Shown: in pieces, positions 1-11,330 of the stretch
How the letters are laid out: every line of letters starts with the position of its first letter
How positions within the stretch are numbered: the stretch's first letter is position 1
From: Paragordius varius
Taxonomy: Eukaryota; Animalia; Nematomorpha
Direction of reading: 5' to 3'
Assembly: GCA_964247055.1 (NCBI GenBank)
Contig: OZ176051.1
Location: 9,362,001 to 9,426,000 of the forward strand
DNA length: 64,000 nucleotides
The notes under the pieces: model-generated
Databases searched by the model: none
What the model was told of the DNA's origin: nothing
Seen by the model: the letters and a program-made list of their open reading frames with translations, nothing else
Made by a program: the position numbers and the translations under genes

Positions 1-1356
1 CATTTTTTTTAAATGAAATACTAATATAACCCTAATAATTATATTAAAAGAATTTATAAGATTTTCAAATTAGTTTGTCTGTGAAAATTCTTGACTTATT
101 TAAGGATTGAAAATTTTGACCATTTAAATCCAAATAACTTTTACATCTGATAGATTTAAATGACTTACTACCATTTAAAAGATGCGGTTTTTTGCGCTCT
201 TTCGAATGATATAAAATACATGGCTTCAGATCTAAAACTTTAAATTTTCGAAATTTCGAGTTTAATGTTAAATCGGGGCCAAAAATTATCGATAAACTCT
301 GATATAAAAAAATTCCTTCATGTAAAACCAATTTTCTTTTCAGATATACTAATTATGTACTTTAATGAAATAAATTTTAAATATACAAGAACGACAGTTA
401 AAAAAAGTTAAAATTTGTTGTCTAGTGTAATTAAAAAAAATATTTTAGTATAGTTACATAAAAATATTTCGGACTTTTAAGTGTGTAAAAAGAAAAACGC
501 CATCTCTGGAACTGAGATTTCAAAAACCCTATATATATGATTTCAGGCTATTTATTTACCATTTGTACTTCATGTTCTTGAACACTTCAAGTTGATCTTT
601 GAACATTTCAAGTTGGTCCTTGAACATTTCAAGTTGGTCCTTGAACACTACAAGTTGGTCTTTAAAATTTTTTAACCATAATTTTTGGTGTTTTTTTATT
701 TTTATTTTTTAACTTTTCTTAATTTTTAATATATTTATTCATTTTTTTCTTAAAAACCACTTTTTTGATTCAAACTAATTTTCTCATTTAACAAAATTAT
801 AAAATTTTAAATGTTTTCAAAAATTATAATTAATAACCCAGAATACTTATATTTTTTATATACGTGTTAAAATCTTATAAATTATAAAAATAATTTTAAG
901 GTATTAATAAAGATATACGGTTTCTCAATGATTAAAAGTTGATATTGATTTAAAATTTTTCTTAAATAATAAAATTAGGTTAACAACGATAAGATAAGTG
1001 TTATACGATTTGATTTAAAAGTTAAAAACAAAAAAAATCAAAGGACCAACTTGGAGTGTGTTCAAGGAACTTGATTGTAAAGGACCAACTAGAAGTCAAG
1101 GACACTCTTGAAGTGCAAATGGTATATATAAAAAATACCTCCTAAAATAATAATCAACCATAATATCTCAACTTTTATCATTATTTTTTGAATTATCTTT
1201 ATTTATCTTTAATTTTCACTTTTTGCCCGATATCGATTTTCTCTAAATATATCAAAAACTAGGCCGTCAACAAATTAAAATTTTTGTGGCAAATTCACTG
1301 GTCATCAGCTATCTCGAAAATTTTTTTTAAAAAATAACTCTCTTTTTTGCACACAG
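1..1356. mobile_element. Right-hand part of a foldback/long-TIR DNA element in a TA run (left end outside the window)
   Basis: Ends ...ttttttgcacacag|TATATATA at 1356, the reverse complement of the ctgtgtgcaaaaaa end at 61345. Segments ~480-555 and ~1130-1320 align by eye with the right arm of the 61345-62535 element. Confidence 0.7.
557..1124. mobile_element. MITE with terminal inverted repeats and internal ~21-bp tandem repeats, nested in the foldback element
   Basis: Termini are taccatttgtacttca and tgaagtgcaaatggta. The unit gaacatttcaagttggtcctt repeats at ~590-660, and its reverse complement is near 1040-1110. Confidence 0.7.
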
Positions 1357-1784
1357 TATATATATACATTTTGAGTAATTACATCGGAAACTCTAAGAGC
1401 CCAAGTGGTGACTCATTAATTCTGTAAAATAATTAGAAGAAATAATTAACCGTTTAATTTTATTATAACTCTTCAGGTCAAATGAAATGAAGAACAGGAG
1501 CTTGATGGAACAAAATATTTATACACACCAAATTATTTGTTATTAATTATTATACAAACATTTTTAACTAAAAAAATTTTAAACAAAAGTAATACATAAA
1601 CACTATATTACCTTTTCACATTTTATATTATGGGTACTTATTTGGATTCTTTGTCCCTTTAAACTTATATGGTACAATTATTATTAGGGAAATTGTTTTT
1701 ACTAAATTAGTCCAAAATGTTTTTATAAATTTTTATATGTATATAGAATATAGAACCAACACTCGTGACAAACAGGTGATATTT

Positions 1785-4700
1785 AATTTAATAAATATCA
1801 TAACCTCGAATTTTTATCGAATAATTCCATGTCGGATGATATGACAAAATCAGTAAGGGCAATGTTCCATATTTTTTAAATGGATCTAAGCATTTATATA
1901 CGATTATTAAAGCTTCAAATAATGGTTGTTTTTTCATTTCATTTGTGTCGGATCAAGGTATAAAATAAGTTCTGGGTATAGAATGTGAACATTGATACAT
2001 TCAAAAATGTGAACATTCAAAATACAATGTCCATTATATCCCAAATTTAATTTTAATTGTATAAACAAATTTGATTATGCCAAAACTTGTTTAATGAGAG
2101 GGAGCTTTCCGCATGGATAACAGAATCCATGATATTTTGATCTTCGTGTAAGCTAAGATCATTTTCGGAACATGATTGCAAATCCAAATTTTGTATTGGT
2201 CTAGTTTCTATCGAATCGCATAAATTAAAAATTTTAAAATACCTGAAGGAAGTATATTTTGTAAACTTTTCTTCCAATGTCCCTTTGGATGTGGTTCATT
2301 TTGAATAAGAGGGATGTTTTTTTCGTTAACCCTTGTTACAGTCCATTTACTCAATAAAATAAAGGCTAACCATGCCACAATGATCAAAATAAAACAAATT
2401 ATAAAAATGAGTAATATAAAAGTAGTATCTATATTAAATGGATTAGATGCGACATGTTTAGAACGTAAACGTTTATTTTAAATTTATAAAATATTTTAGC
2501 CAATTATTGTTAAAATTATCACAAAATCTATTTAGCTCTTTTTAAATTTTCCCATTATTTTTATTTAGAGTATTGAGTAACGCCAAAAAATATTTTTTAC
2601 GATAAAAATTATCTTTGGGCGTACTCTAAGTTGAATCCATTTACCGAGCCATTATAATATTATTTGGTAAATATTGGAGATTTTAACAAATTTAATAAAT
2701 ATTTTTTTGTAAAATTTTTAACCGAATAAGTGTATTTTCTAAAAACACAATTGTAAGTTATTAATGGAGTATTTTGATATTGATGTCGGGAAATCGATCC
2801 TGTCAAACTTGAATAAAGATCTAAAAACTATTCAACAGTTTATTATAAGCTCCGAGATATGCACCGATCTATATTAATTTATATTACGCACCATAAAAAC
2901 ATTGGATTTTTAGATTCCACTTTATCAATAAGAGCTTGCTATTAACTCAGATAAATTTTTTCATGGTTCATAAAACTTAATTTATTTTTTTCCGCACATT
3001 CCATATTTACACTAAATTTAATTTGAAGTTAGCCAGGGTTCGTCAATTTTATTTTAATTTGTATCGAAATTGGTATAAACAGGGTTCAACACAAATAACT
3101 TCGCGGCTTCTGTGATAAATTCTGGTTATATTTTATTTATTTAGAGCCCTTTGGATTGATATATCTCATAAATAATCGTAAGTTTTGATTGAAATCAATT
3201 TTTTTAAACATTTATTAGAGCACTTTTGCATACACCCTGCTTTAAAACTTAATTGTAAATGTTTACATAATGCAGCTAAACTAGCGGAAAATGGATGGTA
3301 GGGGATCAAAAGTTGGTAATAACTTTATGAAAAATTCCCAGAGGTAGAATTATAACCAGTTCCACTGCAAAGCATATGTATTTAAACTAATTAGAGAGGG
3401 GTAGATAAATTATCACTCCAATAACAACCAAAGACATACATGTAGCAATTTTTTGTGGATAGGAAGCGGTAAACTATCAACATAGTGTAAACAATGTCAC
3501 ATGATATCTTGTCTCAAACTCGATATTGTTGTCAGAATGATGTTAATACTATAAAAACACATGTTGTAAAGAGAACGGCGAAAATAAAGAGAAAAGCTGT
3601 TAAATTTGGACGATGACACACTGGATCCTTTGAAAACCAACAAAACAGCCAACTTTGATAAAAAGGCAAAAACTGTTTGATGGGCAACAAATATTCATCA
3701 ATGAGTAGTTGCTGAAGCTTAAAAATTTAATTGCTTTTGTGATGTTACCAATTATATTCGGGTGGAAGAGTTTTGGGAATTTCTGACAACTTAACATGGT
3801 AAAACGGCAAAAATGGGGATCTAAAAATAATTTATGAATAGCTAAAAGCTTTGAGATAATGGACATCGAAATGATAAATGCGATTAATATTCTGGAAAAA
3901 AGTAATTAAATTTTGCAATTTGAGGATAGTATCGCACATTAGCTTAAATAAAATATTAAACAATAGAGGAAAATTCAACTATATTGTATTGTTTATATTA
4001 TTATAAGCCTAATCCAAAACTTAAATATAGAACGAGATGGATATTAAAATTTTGTAACCAAACAAATTGGTTCGAACCCAACGAAATATGTTTCTACGTT
4101 CGATACTATTTAAATCAATTTTCTAATCGAGCAACTTCCCAAAAAATTGGTAAATGAAATAGCCTAGTACTAATTAATGATAAAATAATTTAGGGATTTT
4201 TTTCACAAAGGCTTACAGCAGTGGTAACAAAATATAAAGGGACGAAAAAAAAATATCTTGTCGCAATGGTTAAACACCCACCATGTAATACCGATAAAAT
4301 TTCATAGCTTTTTTGACACATTTGCAGATATTTATACTTAAAATAAAAATTTAAAAATATAATAAATTTAAGGAGATTCCCTAGGGTCACGGTTGGAGTA
4401 CCTCTGCTAAAATGATTTTAATAATATTAACCTAATTTAAAAAAATCATATTTACAAAAGGGCATCGTACGGCAGAACCGTGAAAATAAAACCGATAATA
4501 CTCTCGCGTCAATAAATATTTCAACTCAAAACATAAAATAGATATAAAATTTTAGGGCAAATCTAGACAACACCTAATAATATATTCCAAAAGTTAAATA
4601 TTTTATTGACTTTGTTATGAAATTATTTTTGGAATATTAAAATTTTGAATTTATTTGATATAATCCAAAAACTTTCGTGGGCCGCAAATTGTTGCAGAAG

Positions 4701-7451
4701 ACCGCGTGTAGGACAGTGCTGGTAGATAAATGGACAATAAAAATCGAGATATTAGTGTTGGTTTGGTATGAAGCTTTAATTACTTCTTTAAATCAACGTT
4801 TTACTTATTCAAAGTTGTGGGCCCAAATAAGAATTAATTGCCTAAAATGTTTAATATTTATTTGTGAGAGATAGTTAATTTTTGTAAATCATCACACAAC
4901 GAAAAAAGTATTAGATGTTTTCTCTTATTTTTAGTTTCAATTGATTATTAACTAGAGCGATTTGATCACCGGCCGAAAGACGCAACTTACAAGAATTCGC
5001 TCTACATTCGATTGTATACGGAGGCCGATTTTTAGCATACACAGTTATTTTTGTGGAATATTGGTTTGGTAACAGGTGAGGCTTGATTTGGTCCCAGGTG
5101 CTTGCTTTATTATTCCATCTGATATCTAATATATCGATAAAGGGTAATATATTACACATTAGTAAAAAACGAATATCATTGACATAAGAGGTTTGTTTAT
5201 AAACATTTATTATGGGCAAAATTTTATGCGAATGGTTATAATACTCGTATTCATCAATGACTAAAAATCAAATAAAACTCATTTACGATTGTGTTGTATG
5301 CATGGCGATATTTGCTTTCACTAATCAGTTAACATACTGTTGTTTGTTAAATTTTAATTTTATGCCAGTAAGTATTAACTAATGCCCAAACTACATTTTC
5401 CGAAAATAAAATACATGCTGAGAATTATAAACTATCTATATAATTTTTAGGTAAATAATAAATAATTCACAATATAATAAAACTTTGTGTGACATATCGC
5501 GTATATATTCCCTATAGTGAACATCAAGTAAAAATACATTTTCGTTTATTTTTATTTGTAAATTATTTTTTTAATATTAAAGGGTTGGTATCATGTTAAG
5601 TTGCATTATATCATTAATTTCTTTTAATTTTTTTAAAAAATAAGTACTTTTGGAGGCAGTTTGGCACTCCTTAGCTACCAATTTAATTTCATGTAGAGAA
5701 TCCGATTTTTTTAGATATATTTTGTCGTATTTGGATATTTCGTTTCTCGAACCACTTAGTATCAACTTATTATTGTCCATGTAGGTTTTAAATTTAGTCA
5801 GGTATTCATAAGAAGGGCCAAGAATCTCAACATCTTTTATATTCCATCCAAGTGTTGAGAAACTAACTGTATTTTCACACTGATAGTATTTCCGAACACT
5901 TTTCGCTAATATATATTATATTAAATTAAGCCTAATTATTCTATAATAACGTGAGGTTTTTAGATTTTTAATAATTTTAGTAAAAAAATTTATATAACTC
6001 AGATTTTAATATACGTTAATAAAGTTTTGTGAGAGCACTAATACCCAATATGAATTAACTTGACAAAAAGTTTGCAGCTCATGTTTTTTAATCTTTACGA
6101 TTAATAGGTATGTACCGGAATATTTGTATTTATTTTGCATTGGAAAAGATTATAAATGATATATAATTGTAATAAAAAATTAATAATTAAACTTACTTAA
6201 ACTTTTGGGCATATATTTAAAGTTTCCAGCTTTGTCCCACGTTCCTGGATAAATAATACATAGTTTTAAGTTATTTTAGTTTATAACAAAAAGGAGAATT
6301 GCTTAAAGAATATTGAGAGCATTAACACACTCGCCTTCGAGCATTCAGAGTGATGATGGAAAAATTATACATTTAATTATAAATATATATGAAATGTAAA
6401 AAAAAATAAAGAAAACCATCAAATTTAATTATCCATCTTCTATATGCATATTGATTCACGAAAAGGACTAAAAATTCATTAGGAATCGCTGTTATATTAG
6501 CTTGAATAGAGCCGTTGGATTTTTGATAAATTCTACCATGACTATAAAGGTTTAATTCACAAGTTTTGGCTAAATTAGGGTCATTGAACAAATCAGAACA
6601 ATTTTCCTCAAATATAAATCGTCCATTGTAGCTCTTGTAATCCGTCAAAGGGTAGAAAATTTCAAAATAAAGGTTAAGTTCTTTACCATCTATGTTAATG
6701 GTCCAAAGTCCAGCATAATCACATTTACCAGGTATATTAAAGATTAATTTTGTTTTGTTTGACACTTGAAAAGGCATTTCTTTTCCATATTTGGTAGTTA
6801 TTTGAATGGTAGGGGGTGTTTTTGAATTTTTAAGAGGTTGCCAAAACTCAGCTATATCGATTTCATACTTTTTGATCTTATTTGGTGATACTATGCCCCC
6901 TGTAATTACTAACAATTGAAAAATTACTTTGCAAAATATATATGGAAAATATATATAAAATATCTATTGATATTTAAATTGGGCAAAAACCGTAACATAG
7001 TGTGTAAGGATAACACATATATTGTTTGTTATTCCATGATATTTAGCGAAAGGCGGTTATTACAAAATATATGCATCTTTCACCTATGAATCATACGTAA
7101 AAAATTAACACTTGCACAATGTAAGAGTATTATAATATTAAATTTATTACCTTTAAGCGAAATATTTCCATGCCTTATTGTCACACCATTTTTCAAAACG
7201 GAATAAGGGCCATCAACTAAATTCACTTTAGGCGCTATCTCTTGATCAAGAAATTGTGAATAATTAACATTAGGGTAGTAAAATGTTCCAAACGCAAAAT
7301 TGACAGTTATGTTAGCTCGACCTTGATACTCATCAAGAAGTTGATAATAATATTCTAGACCAAATGAAACCAAGATGTCATCGGGATTTGGTTGCTCCTG
7401 AGCTAATATATTGTAGAACCCAAATAGGAATAAAATTGGTAGTATAATCAT
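1785..7451 (-). pseudogene. Copy 1 of a putative single-pass receptor gene; ectodomain exons open, cytoplasmic exon frameshifted
   Basis: GT-AG exons 7451-7151, 6899-6417, 6244-6197, 5905-5648 and 5260-4991 splice in phase 1 into one open frame starting MIILPILFLFGFYNILAQEQ (signal-peptide-like). The TM exon is 2428-2243, followed by a 35-nt intron. The next exon has a 1-nt deletion relative to copy 2 (GGAAAGC vs GGAAAAGC, ~2107), giving a stop at 2053. Exons between 4990 and 2430 are unresolved. Confidence 0.7.
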
Positions 7452-9394
7452 TTCAAAAAAATTATAGCTTTGATATTATAATTCTTGGAGGTCTTATATA
7501 GAAATGCTTTAAAATAAAAATGGGCCCTACATATTAAAGGAGATAAAGCAAATATTATTGAAATTTGGTGTATAATGATATTGCAGGCTACTAAATAAAT
7601 ATTTTTTTATTTTCTTTGGACCAAAAGCCTAATTTTTATGTATATCGACAAAAACATTATGTAAAACTCGTGTCTAATACATTAGTTTTGTAAAATGTCA
7701 ATATTTGCAATAAACCAAAACAACTTTACCGACAGTTATTACGGTAAAAAAATAAATTAAAGTGTATTTGATCTGGCTAAGCTTACAATCTCAAATCTGG
7801 TTTAAACACGATCGCCAATTTTAAATTATATAACTCAAAATTTGTATTATAGTTAATTTATTATATATAAAAAAGGAATTAACTGTATAATTTTATGTGA
7901 TTTGAAGAGCATGAAACGGAATCTTATAGAAGGTTCACGACAAAATAATTAATATTGCGAAAAGAAAATATAGAATTACACTGGTAGATTTTCATTAAAT
8001 AATGCCAACAACTATATCTTTATTTTTATTAAATACCAATAAAATGCCAAAAATTTACCTATATGTCGTATTAATTAATAGCTTTTAACAAATATTTTAA
8101 ATAACCTACTTAAAAAAGTTTTTGAGCTAACCCACAATTTAGTTATAATTTGGAATGTTTTCAACTTTAAGCGATTATAATTTAAGAAATTAGGAACTTA
8201 TATATATAATTCGGCATATTACCTGATGATCAACATGAGCATATATATATCAATAAAATCCCATTTTAAGTCTAAATAGAATTATACTATTTAGTCCAAT
8301 TCAATACTTTTCTAACTAAACGCATATTTTATCAAGTAAAGGCATCATCCTAACTTCCAAACGCAACATTATTTGTAGTTAAAAATTTTATTTTAGACCT
8401 GAAATTCAGCTAACCATATTAAATCTAAAAGAATTCGTAATATAATTTGTTATAAAATAAAAAATTGTCTTTAAATGCAAAAATAATGTTGCGAAATGAA
8501 AAATTTGTCTTGCTTGAAAAATTTTATGGATAAAAATTGTGGCGGGAGCTATGTTGTGTTATGACATTGTTAATTTTTACCTAATAGTTAACCTGGTAAT
8601 TATTTAATTTTGATGATAATGATTACATATTCTTTTTTCTTAAATGTAAACTATAGAATGTGATTTTTTAAAATACTAGCGTAAATCTCGTGCTGCTACG
8701 CGGGCTATTTGAAAAAAGGGACAATATGATCCACATATGTGGATTATTTCGAAACATTATATAATAGCTATGATCTCATAGGAATTTTAAAACAGCATTC
8801 ATACTAATATATTGTTTACTTGGGCGAAAAAAAAATGATTTTTGTGGACTTAATTTTAAAAAAAATGGCATTTTACGGGGGGAGCGGGTAAGAAGTTGGC
8901 CTAAATTAAAAAAGCGAGCCGACTATGTTCGGCGCAATCGAAAATAATTAAATAAAAATCATATTTGAAAGAGAATGATCCAACACGTTCTCCGGAAAAT
9001 TGTCTCAAAGACACAATTTTTGTGGACTTCTCTTTTCAAAAAAACCGTTTTTTAGACGGGGTGGGCCCGAACTGGGGGTCTAATTTAAAAAAAGGGCCAA
9101 GCTATTGTCGGTATGATTATATTTTCGTCTGGAAAAAGATCACAAAGCCAGCATTTTCCATTTTTATAAATATATATAGATTTCGATATTGTGCCAAAAA
9201 TAAACATATCTTTCTTTTATGGGATATTCATCAAAAATAAAATTGAATCGTCATTTTTAATGGCAAACGATATATTATATCATCCTTTTATTTTCTCTAA
9301 AATGTTCTCTTACGTTATACCAAAATTGAGGGCCAAATAACTTAATGACAATAAAAACATTAACACATTTTTCATTCTATAATATTGATGATAT

Positions 9395-10870
9395 TGGATA
9401 TCTCTTAGTTTATGTACAAACTCTGGGGCAGTTGAGACGATTCGACCATATTGTAAGATATCTGCGCAAGTTCTTGGATTAAATGTGGTGTTATATTTTT
9501 CTAATCTAAATATCGTAGCTTAAGCCTTCCAAGTTTCCTAGCCCCTTCAACTGGGCCTAAGATGGTCGCTTTTTCTAAGTTATCGGTTCTCATCACATGT
9601 CCGTAAACTCTGTGCTGAAAGGCATGAATTTTTTGATGAAGGTTAGTTTGGGTTTAATATGTACTAATATTTTGTATTGTATCTTTTGCTCCCATTCTAT
9701 ACCAATATATCTATAGGTCCATAACTCAAACGCTTTTATTTTCTTGCAAATGACTTACAGCTTTAATGCATTATTGGAAAACTTATTGATCTATTACACG
9801 CTTTTTGATGGAATTGGGAATTTTTTTGGAGAATGGATTAAAGTATGATTATTGCATTTTCTGCCATTGCAGCTCTCCTGGTACTGCTGGTTGTAGAGGT
9901 TCCATTTATTAAATAGTAGATCTGAGGTAAATTAAGTAGTTCTGAATGTTTTGTTCTTAAAATTCACAGTAAGTCCTCTTTTGTTGGGATAAGAATTGTT
10001 GCGTCATCTGCGAAACGCAGGTTATTGATTGTCTCGCCTTCTATTATGATGCCTGCTGAGTCATTTCTATTATTTTTGTGATGTCAGTAAGTTAAATAGC
10101 GAAGGTGATAGTGTACATCCTTGTCTGACCCTTATTTGTCTATTTATTGTTTGGTTGGGGCTTGCTGAAACTCGTATAAATGCTTTTTCATTTGAAGATT
10201 GTTGAGATTTAATAATGTGCAGGGAAAATCCGCTTCACCCATAGTTTTTAATAGACCACCTTATCAAAGCCTCGGAGTAGTTCAGGAAGGAAAATATTTT
10301 TGTTGTATACATTTGCTTGTTCTATTATGCGTTTTATATTAGAGATGTGGTCTCGACAACTTTGAGTCGGAAACCAGCCTGTTTATTAGATATGGAGTTT
10401 CTGTACCAATTCTCTATGCTCATTTGGATTATTTGAAAAGTATTATGTGTTTGTGAGGTGTGATAATTCTGCAATAATCGCAATCTTTTCCTTGACATTT
10501 TCATGTATATTGGTATAAAGATTGATTTAGTCCAGTCTTTTAGCCATCCACAATTTCTTTTGGCCTAACTTGGTTATTATGTCAGTTGGTTTTAGGACTT
10601 CTTTCGAAATGCGTCCATCCTGGGGTTATGTTCTTAACGATTAGCAATCCTGTATTCAATTCTTGTTTGAGTTATGCTGGGTTCTGTTAAATGTGGAATA
10701 ATTTGTGCGGTATTTGTTTTAAAAATTTGCAATGTATTCCTTGTTACATCTTGTTGTTGGTTAGGTGATTCCTTCAATGTGATTTATTTGTGAATTCTAT
10801 GGGTTTATAAGGTATTCATATAGGGAGATGCTTCTTTAGACAATTCGTTTCAAATTTGTGGCAAGTATTT
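9395..10870 (-). mobile_element. Degenerate RTE-clade non-LTR retrotransposon (reverse transcriptase region)
   Basis: Minus-strand translation gives DWTKSIFIPI, QAGFR, VRQGCTLSPSLFNL and INNLRFADD, interrupted by stops and frameshifts. Confidence 0.88.
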
Positions 10871-11330
10871 AATGCCTGTATTTTTGATGTCACATAGCAT
10901 ATATTATTGGTACCATGCAATCTCGCCATTTTTGCGTTTATTCAAAAAGATAGCCTATTTTAAAGGGGTTAAAATTTTATATAAATAATAATATTTCATA
11001 TTTAAAAATTTATATAAGATTTTTTTGTAATGAACATCTAGTTTTTAACCAAAAAATATATTTAGCATAAAGTGGGCCTATTTTGCCATTTTTCGATCAA
11101 AAGTATAATTATTTAAAAAGATGTGCCCAAAACCTAAAGGATTATTAAAGTCCTGATTATATCAGATTATATATTTCATCAGGATGTTTTTAGACCGCCC
11201 GATTCACTCTGTGCATATAAAATAAATATACTGTAAGCATGGAATAATTAATATAAAATATAATGTCTTTCAATATTTATTTATTTTAAAGAACCATTTA
11301 TATCAACTTAAAGTATTTTTAGAGATCTGA

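Noticed and set aside
65-331. 88-aa ORF inside the foldback element
   Set aside because: No recognisable transposase or other motif, and no counterpart in the related element at 61345-62535.
3540-3870. Overlapping minus-strand frames, one with a hydrophobic stretch (TAFLFIFAVLFTTCVFIVL) that could be a TM segment
   Set aside because: That frame has a stop in copy 2 and no consistent splice phase could be established; left as unresolved gene-internal sequence.
4069-4079. GGTTCGAACCC, resembling a tRNA T-loop or B-box (also in copies 2 and 3)
   Set aside because: No A-box, acceptor stem or cloverleaf in the flanks.
4677-4874. Plus-strand ORF conserved with 18794-19006
   Set aside because: Antisense to the receptor gene; conservation is explained by the duplication; frameshifted in copy 3. 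The opposite strand is an equally plausible exon and cannot be resolved by eye.
4790-5400. In-frame TAA/TAG codons in exon-like frames suggested a stop-to-Gln alternative genetic code
   Set aside because: All Gln codons checked in the well-supported exons 1-2 are CAA/CAG. Exon 4 splices directly to exon 5 without needing those segments, and the chitin synthase stops co-occur with frameshifts, so ordinary decay explains them.
8560-9240. GC-patched segment and 91-aa ORF (copy at ~45870-46560)
   Set aside because: It looks like a non-coding DNA-transposon remnant, but I could not define TIRs or a TSD, and the ORF is not preserved in the second copy.
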